A stretch of 64,000 nt of DNA, taken from contig NC_043000.1 of assembly GCF_006345805.1 (NCBI RefSeq), positions 41,974,001-42,038,000 of the forward strand, read 5' to 3'. The stretch comes from Octopus sinensis. Taxonomy: Eukaryota. Each line of letters opens with the position of its first letter. The first letter of the stretch is position 1. Positions 53,349-64,000 of the stretch are shown in pieces. The notes beneath the pieces are model-generated. The model did no database searches. It saw only the letters and a program-made list of their open reading frames with translations, and was not told where the DNA came from. Both the position numbers and the translations under genes were made by a program.

Positions 53349-54450
53349 TCTCTTCTGCTAAACAGGTTACCAGAGTAATAGAAACTATCAACCACTTTCA
53401 AGTAGCCTCTTGGGCAATTGAAAAAAATTCACTTCTCATCCATGTGTAATTTGTGCTAACTGCCATTGTCCACCTGCTACATACTGTCTGCCTTTTCCAT
53501 TAGCTTGCCTCTGATTCTACTACACATCTTATGCACCCATACTTTACAATTGGTACATTATGTAATATACATACCTATTCTTTTTCTGCATATCAAGTAA
53601 GGCCATTTTCTACATGGTAAGATGAGAGAAGGAGCACTAAATACATGCAGTAGAGTTTACTTATTTGCTCAAAGCTGATAATTATAATTCCATCCATTAT
53701 GTGTGATTCTTCAAATAACAGAAATATGAATGAAACCCTCTACACAATAGCTCATGCTGCTAGAAACAGCAGCAAAATCTCCATAAAATGAAACTCAACC
53801 ATCTTGAAAATGGAAGGACACACTGGATAATGTAGCCCAATATACACCTAAAAAAATAGTATGGTTATGACTGCAAAATCTTTGAGCATTGGTTGGCTTC
53901 GTCAATATTGGCCTTGACTAAATTTCAGCACCAGAGCAGAGAAGAATGTGAATTATTTTGCAAAGAGTACCTCTCTAGTGGGCTGGTGTCACAATAAATA
54001 TAAGCCATCTACTTTACTTGTGGCTGATAATAGGAAAAGTGCACAGTTGAGTTATAGGACTTGAGACTTGAATTATGATAATTAGTTATGCCACCCCAGC
54101 TAATGAGTACACAATAGCAACTAAGAAATTCTCACGTTTTATAACTGAATTCAGCTGTTGAGACATTATACATGTCATTCCCCATCAAGTAAAGCATTAC
54201 CGATGCTGTTGATTTTTAACTTCCAGGATAGTCGTGATAAAGTAGATCTAAGGTCAAACATGTTTCAGCTATGAGCATCCCATATTTTATTCACACAGCA
54301 CATTTAGGATTATATCATCCAATATGTCCTTCCCCTTTTGTAAGATGACAGAGAGTGACTTGAGGAGGATTTGCCAACAATTTCATGCAGGCTGAGTGAC
54401 TACATAGAGGTCCCCTCTTGCCGAGTTGTTTCTGGTACCATTTCCAAGTT

Positions 54451-54761
54451 TGTTGTTGTTGTTTGTTCCTTCTCGAGTCACGCCTGGCTCATAAGGGCCG
54501 GTTTCCCAGTTTCTTGGCATATAGATTCCCCACCTGAACGGGACACCGGTCCGTCGCAGGTGAGCTGCAAGATGCAGGAGGAAAGAGAGAGAGAAAGTTG
54601 TGGCGAAAGAGTCAGCAGAAGTTCGCCATTACCTTCTGCCGGAGCTGCGTGGAACTTAGGTGTTTTCGCTGATAAACACACACATCGCCCGGTCTGTGAT
54701 TCGAACCCGTGATCCTTCGACCGCGAGTCCACTGCTCTAACCACTAGGCCATGTGCCTCTA
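54451..54761 (-). mobile_element. young tRNA-derived SINE (distinct family), (AAC)n tail, 12-bp TSD catttccaagtt
   Basis: A box tggcctagtggttag, B box ggttcgaatc; TSD at 54439-54450 and 54762-54773; CpGs intact. Confidence 0.9.
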
Positions 54762-54939
54762 CATTTCCAAGTTCATGACAAGATGAACTCATATTGGCAA
54801 CTAATGAAACAATGCTTGTGAATTAAGTAGTATATGTTTCTGCTAATTACAATGGTGAATTATACTGGCATCTGTGTATAGCTGGTGGGTATTGATGCCC
54901 AGAATTATTACTTAAAAGGCACCATTCGAGTGGGATCAT

Positions 54940-55215
54940 TACCAGCATCGCCTTACTGGCACCTGTGCCAGTGGCATGTGTAAAAGATTCGAGCGAGGTT
55001 ATTGCCAGTACTGCCTGACTGGCCCCCGTGCCGGTGGCACGTAAAAGCACCCACTACACTCTCAGAGTGGTTGGTGCTAGGAAGGGCATCCAGCTGTAGA
55101 AACTCTGCCAGATCAAGATTGAAGCCTGGTGCAGCCATCTGGTTTGCCAGCCCTTAGTCAAATCGTCCAGCCCATGCTAGCATGGAAAGCGGATGTTAAA
55201 CAATGATGATGATGA
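54940..55215 (+). mobile_element. RTE-type 3' UTR/tail (LINE end or RTE-dependent SINE) with (GAT)n tail
   Basis: gccggtggcacgtaaaagcacc is shared with the 3' end of the RTE fragment near 59270; ends gatgatgatgat. Confidence 0.65.
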
Positions 55216-55311
55216 TGATAATGAGATTTTAAATAGTGACCCTGCAGTTGGCAAATCAAGTACCTTACCAACTGAATAAGCTGTAACATGCTTTCTGAAT
55301 TATGTACTTAC

Positions 55312-55480
55312 TTGATATTCTTCATTGGAGTGAAATTCACACTGAAAATCAATACAACATGATCAGGGTTGTCCTGTTTTGTGAAAGTCTTGAGCAGTTG
55401 GAGAGAGACTATATTTACTAAAGCTATTCTAGCCTGATTTTCCAGGAATTCCAAATGAAACGATATGTCTGGAAGAACAC
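55312..55480 (-). CDS. CFAP47: CFAP47 internal exon
   Basis: ctttgtttag|GT...AA|gtaagt; 169 nt: (G)VLPDISFHLEFLENQARIALVNIVSLQLLKTFTKQDNPDHVVLIFSVNFTPMKNI(K). Phase 1 to phase 2, consistent. Confidence 0.88.
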
Positions 55481-55989
55481 CTAAACAAAGAGAAGTAATT
55501 TAAAAATAAAAAAGATATACAAACGAAATATAGTAAACAAAATGTAAAGGTAAATGAATAGTGAGTTTTATTGACACATCTTTTACACAGTCGTGCCATC
55601 TTTCACATTTTATTATGTTTTGTCTTATTCCTAGTTTATATCTTGCTTTTAGTTTAGTTTTGAAGTCACGTTTATCCATTTCATCTTAATAATAAATCTT
55701 CTGTATTTGAAATTTTTGTTTTTTATGAAAGTCAACATTTAATAGTTCCTTTTAAAATGTCTTGCTTTTAACAATGTCTTGTGCTACCCATTGCTATGAC
55801 AAGTGACAATGATTCTTTGAACAAAACAAATGGTTCGATTCCAATCAAAAACAATGTTTTTTTTTATCAATATCTAGGTAAAAAGTAAAATAGAAACTAA
55901 AGACACAGCAACATAAAAAGAAGTAGAAGTCTAGGAAAGAATAGAAGCAGTGAAGGAATTACCATGAAAACAGCACCTAACCAATTGTA

Positions 55990-57300
55990 GGATGGCCTAA
56001 CAACACAAAAAAACCCTCAAATAACAACTGAACAGCACCAAGACATGATGAAACCACAAACTTCTGTTTAAAATATTTAATAAGGTGCTAGCAATGATGT
56101 TTAATACAATACTAAATAGAGTTAGGGGCAATAGCTAGCTCACTGATAGGAAAAAAACCATCTTAAGTCTATGAAAACAGCAACCCTAAAATATAGATAA
56201 AAATAAACTGTTTCACAAAATCTTAAAAGTAATAATATTGCAGAGAATAAACAAATGGAAAACAAACATCTTTTCCTAGAATTGAGCACATATTGCAAAG
56301 GTTCAAATGGCTGCAAGACAACAGGAGAATGAAGGGTCAAAGCTTGGGATGGATTGACTACCAGAAGACTTTTGGCAGTGCTCCTGATTCATGGATCCTG
56401 AAAGCACAAACTATGAGAAATGCAGCAACCATCAAAAACATATACATTAGAAATATAATGAGAAAATGGCAAATAGTTCCACAGGGGAATTATAAAAGTA
56501 ATCCTATCTCTATTAACAGATGAATTTTCCAAGAGAACTCATCTCTTCCTTTCTTTCTTTGCTAAGCACTAATACCTGTAATCAACATGTTAAACCAGAC
56601 TGAACTTGAAGACAAAAATTATGGAAGGGCAACTAAACTATCTTTTGTATATGGATAGCATCAAGTTGTATGCTGCAGCTGATAACAAATGGACATGTAT
56701 TGCCCACAGTACAAGGATTTGCTAAAGAAACTGATAAAAGATTTGGGTTTTTAAAAATGTGGTACTGCAATCTTGAAGAAAGTAAAATTATTTAACCAGC
56801 CATATCTGGCCCAAATATTCTGCTTTATATTCAGACTGACTGGCCAGATCTAGCCTTTCACACCTACCCTAACAATGACATTCTAAAAAAAAAAATTACA
56901 TCACTAAAACCTTGAAGCTACAAGATAATGTATGACAACTACAAATCAATGTGAATAAATAAACATTACATTTGACTGAGTAATCTGAATGCTGAAAGGT
57001 TAAAAATACTGACATGCTAATTAAAGAAATAGAGATAGAATAATTAGATTAAACACAGACTTACAAATATACTTGGTAATCAATTAACTAAACTGAGTAC
57101 AATGCACATACTTAAACCAGAAGTAAATGCAAAAGGAAAAGATAATAATGTAAGAGAAATCAATGCTCTGGTTTTGCCAGCAAAAACTTACATTTATGGT
57201 ATTTCAAAATACATAATAAATGAATGAGGAAGAGTTGGGAAAACAAAAAAAAAAAATGGATACACCAAAATCTGACACAGAAATATTATGGCTTTATTCC
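55990..57300 (+). mobile_element. R4/Dong-like non-LTR retrotransposon RT relic
   Basis: Remnants: WIDYQKTFGSAPDSWIL, INR*IFQENS, YLLYMDSIKLYAAA, YKY(L)G, AIN-like/LVLP..TY.YGI. Many disablements. Confidence 0.7.
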
Positions 57301-57371
57301 TGAATATAGGGAAGTAGGAGCCTTATACAAAAACTAGAATAATAATAATATATTATGAAATATCATAAAAT

Positions 57372-57531
57372 AGGCGTAGGCATGGCTGTGTGGTAAAAAG
57401 CTTGCTTCCCAGTCGCATGGTTCTGGGTTCATTCCCACTGTGTGACACTTTGGGCAAGTGTCTTCTACTACAGCCCTGGGCCAACCAAAGCCTCGTGAGT
57501 GGAATTGGTAGATGGAAACTAAAAGAAGCCT

Positions 57532-57573
<42 letters not shown>

Positions 57574-58190
57574 TATAATATTTACCAGAATATTATGTTG
57601 ATGAAGAAAATGAATCTTATGATTCTAATCCAGAAACGTGTGTCCATAATTGACCGTGGACTGTTTGATTTCATTATTTTGCTTCTTTTTTTGCCATATA
57701 TGAGTTACAAATATTGTTGTCTGTGGAGACATATTTTTGTAGTAAAATAAAATAGCAGTCCTCTGGTTGCTATTTCTAAAATTTTCGGTATGTGGTCAAG
57801 CAACTTGTTGCAAAGACCCTTATTGTTATAATTATACAAACTTTTACCGAATATGGTCCTTTTCCATACCGAAGTGCTACTAGGTGAAATTTGTTGATTT
57901 TATTAAATCAATTATATTTCACCCTTTATCTGTAATGATATATATATATATATATATGGGGGCGGGGTCTGTGTTTGTCCCTCCACCATCGCTTGACAAC
58001 TGATGTTGGTGCGTTTCCATCCTTGTAACTTACCGGTTCAGAAAGAGAGACCCATAGAATAAGTACTAGGCTTACAAAGAATAAGTCCTGGGGTCAATTT
58101 CTTCAATTAAAAAAAAACAAACCCTTTAAGGCAGTGCTCCAGAATGGCTGCAATCAAAACTGACTGAAACAAACAAAAGAATAAAAGAAT
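57372..58190 (+). mobile_element. SINE family B split by a ~370-bp insert (57569-57937) in its internal (TA)n
   Basis: Head 57372-57536, (TA)n, insert, (TA)n, tail 57958-58190. Confidence 0.85.
57592..57650 (+). ncRNA. type I hammerhead-ribozyme-like motif
   Basis: attatg-TTGATGA-[stem II ending gaatc ttat gattc]-GAAAC gtgt GTC-cataat: 6-bp stem I, GUC cleavage triplet, C3U, decayed stem II base. Confidence 0.7.
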
Positions 58191-58286
58191 ATTATCCACT
58201 TAGACATATTCTTCCTGCTCATACCACTCTTCAAATGCATATTCAATACATGTCTCATATAGAGCAGAATGAAAGTTGCAACCTAC

Positions 58287-58519
58287 CTTCATAATCGGAT
58301 GCAAATTCAGGGAATGTTTCGTCAATTCCATTGAAAACCTTTGCACTAAGTACTGTATCATCAATGTCATCCATGTTTGTGGTCAAGTTTATCACCAACC
58401 GGTAAGAAGCTGAGTTTCGTACATCGCATTCAAAAATGCTCATAGGCATCTGTTCGATATCTTGGTACTCTGGTATTCCAATAATGGGGAAGGTCCAGTT
58501 TATAGTATTCAATGATAGA
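58287..58519 (-). CDS. CFAP47: CFAP47 internal exon
   Basis: tttgactttgaag|T...G|gtaggt; 233 nt: LSLNTINWTFPIIGIPEYQDIEQ...FASDYE. INWTFPIIGIP resembles human IHWIYPIVGLP (recalled). Phase 2 to phase 1. Confidence 0.88.
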
Positions 58520-58929
58520 CTTCAAAGTCAAAAACAGGATGGCATTAGTAACTTAATTAGCTCAAATTTTACAAATATAAAACTACAATGCATATAATAT
58601 ATACATACACACATATATGCAATATACACACACATATATAATATATACATACTTACACACACACACAGATGTATTTGTAGTTGCCAATATGAGTTCATCT
58701 CTCATGAACTTGAAAATGGTAACAGGAAGCAACTCGGTAAGAGGGGACCTCTATGCAGTCACTCAGCCTTCATGAAATTGTTGGCAAATCCTTCTCAAGT
58801 CACTCTCTGTCATCTTACAAAAGAAGGACATATTGGATAATATAATCCTAAATGTGCTGTGTGAATAAAATATGGGATGCTCATGGTTGAAATATCTTTG
58901 ACCGTTGCTGTTTTTATATGTGTGTGTGT

Positions 58930-59290
58930 GTGTGTACAACAGAGAGTAAGTGCCTTGAGAATAAAGTTGGGCATAAGAGGCATCAGATGTGGTGTGCAAA
59001 AGAGACAACTGTGCTGGTATGGTCATCTGATGCATATGGATGGGGACAGCTGTGCGAATAAGAGCTGGTCTTTAACTATGGAGGGAACTTAAGGAAGAGG
59101 TAGACCCAGGAAGATATAGGTTTTGAGGCATGATCTTTGAATATTGGGTCTCACAGAGAAGATGTCAAGTGAGCAAGACCTTTGGCAATATGCTAATGCT
59201 TGAGAAAACTCATCAAGCCAAGTGAAATTGTAGTGATGGCCAATGCCAGTGGCACATAAAAACCACCTTTTGAATGTTGGTCCTCATGGA
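58930..59290 (+). mobile_element. RTE-clade LINE 3' fragment
   Basis: LGIRGIRCGVQKRQLCWYGHLMHMDGDSCANK...EGT*GRGRPRK. Confidence 0.85.
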
Positions 59291-59762
59291 GGTGATGACA
59301 AGTGACTGAGACCTTTGGTGGTATGTTGTGTTTGAGATCACACACACACACATACATTGTGAAGGCACATGTGCCAATGGTTAAAGTGTTGCACTTATGA
59401 TCATGAAATCGCGATTTCAGTTTTGGGACTGGGAGGTGCAATGTGTCCTTGAGCAGAGCACTTCACCTCGCATTGCTCTCAATGATCGCTCCGACACCTG
59501 ATGTGTAACACACTGTGCACCTGTTCAGGAAGCTTCGATTTGATGGAGGTAGAGAGCTAATGTGCAACACATACATTTTATCACTATGAACTAATCATAT
59601 GTGCTGGTCACCCAGCAAAAACTGAACTTTCACACATCATCTTCGATGGGAAATTCTATCACCATCATCAGAAAGAAAGAGAGAGAGAAAATTATCTTGG
59701 TGCTAATTTATTTTTAATTTAAGATTTTATTTTAGGAATAACAAAAAGACAGATAGGATTAC

Positions 59763-59946
59763 CTTTTAAAATGCCATTTCTCTTCTTTTGACCTGTTAAT
59801 GGATACAACACACACGCTACGGTACGTAGTCCTGGTAATCGGGCTGAAGATTATTGGGATGCCCAACGTCTGAAAAGGCCCCAGCAAAATACTGGTCTTT
59901 TTGATCAAATCAATGTTGAAGACTGATGCCATAGAAACTTTGTCAT
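59763..59946 (-). CDS. CFAP47: CFAP47 internal exon
   Basis: The first AG after a T-rich tract (ggaag|AT) runs to AG|gtaatc; 184 nt: DKVSMASVFNIDLIKKTSILLGPFQTLGIPIIFSPITRTTYRSVCVVSINRSKEEKWHFK. Joins the next exon in frame (AG+T=Ser). Confidence 0.82.
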
Positions 59947-59989
59947 CTTCCAATTAAAGTGTGATACAAAAACACAGGTGTTAATTAGC

Positions 59990-60222
59990 AATATATGTTT
60001 CTTTATTGCCCACAAGGGGCTAAACACAAAGGGGACAAACAAGGACAGACAAAGGGATTAATTCGATAACATCGACCCCAGTGCGTAACTGGTACTTAAT
60101 TTATTGACCTCGAAAGGATGAAAGGCAAAGTCGATCTCGGCAGAATTTGAACTCAGAACGTAACGGCAGACGAAATATGGCTACGCATTTCGCCCAGCGT
60201 GCTAAGGTTTCTGCCAGCTTGA
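59990..60222 (-). mobile_element. SINE family A, near-consensus copy
   Basis: Full core and type-1 tail; CpGs largely intact. Confidence 0.88.
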
Positions 60223-60283
60223 GCAATATAAATGAAACAACAACACGTCCAATAATAATAATAATAACAATAATAATAATAAT

Positions 60284-60821
60284 GCCCTGATGCAGTACTA
60301 GGCAGTGGCTCTCATGGCTTCTGATTTTAACTGATTGGAAGTGTTATCACATATTATTTTGTCAGGGTATAAAAGATGGGCTACAGCAAATATTCTACTC
60401 AAAACTACAGACCTGCTTGTTAGTTGCTTGACCATAACCAGTTGAGCATGTCGCTTAGTGGCTGACGATATGTGCATCTCTAATCACATGCAGAAGTAGT
60501 GGGGAGTATCATAGCCATGTGTTGAGAGGAATTCTTTGGGGTTTGGATAATTTACCTTTGGAAACATGGGTGTTTCGTTCAACATCCTTAACCCTTATTC
60601 AGGGACATTTTGAATTGGATGGGTTACTCGACTTGAAGAAAATTCTAACTGTGCCCCACACACAAGGTTATGTGCTGTTTATCTTGACATGTCACTATGT
60701 CGCACACATATGATTGTGATGTATGTGCTGGGTGTACCCTTATCAAACGGGTAGTTATGATGAGCATACTGGGCTTTGTATATTTTACCCCGGTGTCACT
60801 TTGATGACATGCACTGCTCTC
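60284..60821. mobile_element. ~540-bp dispersed element (family E) embedded in (AAT)n
   Basis: (AAT)n at 60251-60283 and 60822-60978; partial homologue at about 6630-6800. Confidence 0.6.
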
Positions 60822-60876
<55 letters not shown>

Positions 60877-60922
60877 TAATAACAATGATAATAATAATAA
60901 TAATGATAATAATAATAATAAC

Positions 60923-60979
<57 letters not shown>

Positions 60980-60999
60980 CCTTGCATCTGTAGGCATAA

Positions 61000-63900
61000 G
61001 GTGGGAACTTTTGTGAAAGGGGGATAATTGATTAAACTGCGTTCACCACTCAACTGGTACTTATTTTATCAAGCCTACAAGGATAAAAAGCAAAATCAAC
61101 CTTAGCAGAATTTGAACACAGAAATACTGCTTTGCATTTCGTCTGATGCATTAATGATTCTGGCAAAGCTTGTAATGTTGTTCTGTCAATTCATTGCATG
61201 CACAATGGATGAAAGGATACTGATTTTGAACCCTCTTATATTGGTACAAATCCCAAAGTTTAGAGGGTGGGCCCAGTCAACTACATGAAATCCAGTGTTG
61301 TACTTTTCTGGTATTTATTTAATGAACATCAGGACTTAACAAGAGAAACCCTGATGTGTCACTTGACCATGATGTCAATTGGCTCAATCACTGCAAATAG
61401 CAGACAAATCTTACTTAAATTACACTCAGCAAAAGAAACCAATAAAATAAGTACCAGGCTTAAAAAAAAAGGTATTGGGATTAATTTGCTTGACTATAAA
61501 TTTTTCAAGATGGTGCCCCAGCATGGCCACAGTCTGATGACTGAAATAAGTAAATGGATAAAAAGAATCACTCACTCTTAACAGAAAAAGCAAAGGATAC
61601 ATTTAACAATTATTTCAAATTTTTGTCACAAGGGCAGCTTGAGGGAGGTGGGGACGAGTTGATTACATTGACCCCAGTGTTCAACTAGTACTTATATTAT
61701 CGACCCCGAAAGGATGAAAGGCAAAGTTGACCTTGGTGGAATTTGAACTCAGAACATAGCGATGAGTGAAATACCGCTAAGCATTTCGTCCAGCATGCTA
61801 ATGATTCTGCCAGCTCACTGCCCTAAGGATTCATTTAATAATGTAATCTTACATATATTGTCTGGGAAAAAATACAGAATGGTTATAAATGGGATTCTTT
61901 TGAAAATAAATTTGCTGGATTAGGACTAAGCAAAGGTTAAACAACAACAGTAATGTCCTTATACGAATGAAAGGTAAGGAGAACCATGGTCAGATTTGAA
62001 CTCAAAACATTAATGTGAGAGATGTAACTAAACATGGTAAAAGTAGCTCCTGTAGCCGCCTACTGGCAACTTTTTCCCCCATCTTATAAGGGTAAATACC
62101 CAATCTTTCTGATGCTTTCACAGCTTTACTGCATTTGAAATTTACTTTCTTGTCTGCAAAATAGTACAAGTAATTTTTTCTCTAATATACTAACTATTCT
62201 AACACCCACTAGCCTAGTTCTCTGTAGGTGTAAAAATATCAAAAATAGAATGAAACAAATATAAAAAGAAAAAAAAAATCAAATTTATAGGTTTAAGTAC
62301 AGAAAATGACAGCCACAACATCTGGTCAACTGACTTTCATATTTATCAACAAGATTAAATCTGATAGAGAAAAATATACCCTGACTGTTCTTGTTTTCTT
62401 TTCTAAGTTTGTATCCCCATCTTTCTGTATCTTTAATCTAACTCTTAACTTCATTCAGCTTGTAATATCTATTAGTTCCATTAATATTTTAATATCTGTT
62501 AGAGACATCAGTCTTAAAATGCATGCACATCCACAAATAAACTGTACCATTTTGGTGGTACTTTCCTTCAAAACTAGTGATTTTATCAATGCCATTTGGG
62601 AAGGAAATATAATTTGATTTCAAAGGCCTCACATCCAAATTCTAATGATAATACAATTGGAATGCTATCATTTTTCATTTTGTTAAAAAATTTTATTTCA
62701 TGTTTTTCATTAGGTTTGTTTTCTATTTTAATATTTATGGTTATAGAAAATTCAAGAATTGCCAGCTTTACAAATTTCCTCTTTTGTTATTATTTTCATC
62801 TAGTAGTAGATAGGCAGAATCTTTAGAGCACTAGGCAAAATATCTAGCAGTATTTCTTCCATTCTGAGTTCAAATCCTGCCATGGTCACCTCTGACTTTC
62901 ATCCCTCTGGTGTTGATACAATAAAAAGTTGATGTAATTGACTAGCCACAAAATTGTTGGCCTTGTGCCTGAAGCAGCAACAATTATTAGTTTGTCTTTT
63001 TTCTTAAGAAAATAAGCTCTCAATCTTAAGTGGTAACAAGCTGGTGGTCTGGTTGCATTATGTGGGGACTATAAACTAGCTAACTGTGTTAAGTTTATAA
63101 TCTCTAAAAAAACCTCTAGCAAAGTACAGATCCCTGCCTCATTACCTGCCAATATCTCTTCACGACTATACCTATATAACAAAATGATATAGTTAATGTT
63201 AAGCTATTTGATATCTTTAGTTAATATTTACATATTCAATGTAGGGAGCATTCAAAAGAGCTAACTAGAATTAATTATAGTGTGTAGAATAAACAATATT
63301 AAGTAATAACTTATATTATTTATAATTTCCCAACCAAACTTGTGGAACAACTTCAGTTTTTCATGAAGTATAGACTTCATCATATCTATTATACAAATGA
63401 TGAAAGGAACTTTAACCCTTTAGCATTCAGATTTTTCTGTCAGAAGTAATGCTTATTTATTTACATTGTTTTGAATAAATCATGCATTATTTTGTAGCTT
63501 TGAGATTTTGATGAGCTAACTGTTAATTTTTAGAAAGATATAATAGGGTTATGTGAGAGGTCAGATTTGGCCAGTTTGAGCATAAAACAAATAGACTATA
63601 TTAGCAGGATATAGGCTGTTTAAATGCCAAATGGTTAGACAAATATATAGTGTCAAATATGCAGACACTAGCTTGGCTAGGATTATCATTCACTTATATA
63701 TTAGCATTAACTTAATATCATTACTTCGTCAAATAAAGTGAAATCCAAAACATGCTTTGAGTTATTTCTCATTCTTCCAAACAGAAAAAGAGAGCCAGTA
63801 ATATTGGTTTCAAATTTTTGACACAAGGCGAGCCAGTTTAGAATGATGGTGGTGGTGGTGGTGGTGGTGACAGGGTCTAGTCAATTATATCGACCCCAGG

Positions 63901-64000
63901 GCTTAACTGGTATTTATTTTATTAACCCCAAAAGGATGAAAGGTAAAGTCAATCTCGTCAGAATTTGAACTCAGAACATACAGACAGATGAAATGCCACC
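61000..64000. mobile_element. several decayed SINE family A copies (minus 61000-61170, 61620-61825, 63790-64000; plus 62790-62980)
   Basis: Family A core motifs. Confidence 0.8.
63146..63171 (-). CDS. CFAP47: possible 26-nt CFAP47 exon (YSREEILA)
   Basis: tcattttgttatatag|GTATAGTCGTGAAGAGATATTGGCAG|gtaatg; ends in phase 1, as the 59946 exon requires. Too short to confirm by homology. Confidence 0.35.

Larger units (their letters stand above)
52400..53640 (-). mobile_element. RTE-clade LINE fragment, interrupted by a piggyBac-like MITE and a SINE
   Basis: Remnants: WP(C).ICRK..., WVHKMCS (Cys cluster), LKVVDSFYYSG, RELLPL...FSLRM, LCWYGHVMHVEDDSC. Confidence 0.75.

Noticed and set aside
54135-54250. 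Minus-strand segment with AG...GTGAG boundaries inside a CFAP47 intron
   Set aside because: Stop codons in all three frames.
62300-62826. ORFs at 62306-62617 and 62596-62826 and their minus-strand counterpart
   Set aside because: No CFAP47 similarity and no splice sites; likely a decayed LINE remnant of unassignable clade.

Overview
AT-rich, repeat-saturated eukaryotic genomic DNA. The SINE families, microsatellite density and intron-exon style fit a coleoid cephalopod, most likely Octopus (inference). One protein-coding gene is well supported: the 3' end of CFAP47 on the minus strand. Six coding exons lie between 59946 and 48063, with consistent GT-AG sites and phases, and an AATAAA follows 43 nt after the stop; a possible 26-nt exon lies at 63146-63171. 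The rest is tRNA-derived SINEs (at least four families sharing modules), LINE relics (Penelope-like RT, CR1, RTE, R4/Dong-like), DNA-transposon relics (FLYWCH-MULE/Phantom-like, Tigger-, hAT- and piggyBac-like MITEs, Helentron-like HINEs) and many microsatellites. Almost all ORFs in the supplied track are microsatellite artefacts. Most notable observations: (1) three type I hammerhead-ribozyme-like motifs, namely an inverted pair at 30.5-30.7 kb, a near-canonical one in a (TA)n-targeted insert in a CFAP47 intron, and a variant upstream of a Penelope RT; (2) a 63-bp inverted CCAAT/octamer/CSL-like module at 39.8-40.2 kb; (3) a SINE with a twin-priming-like 5' inversion; (4) a 522-bp tandem duplication between the internal microsatellites of two SINEs; (5) inverted repeats bracketing an in-frame two-exon block of CFAP47; (6) a CpG-decay boundary near 45 kb. 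No database searches were run; protein and family assignments rest on manual translation and recalled family motifs.
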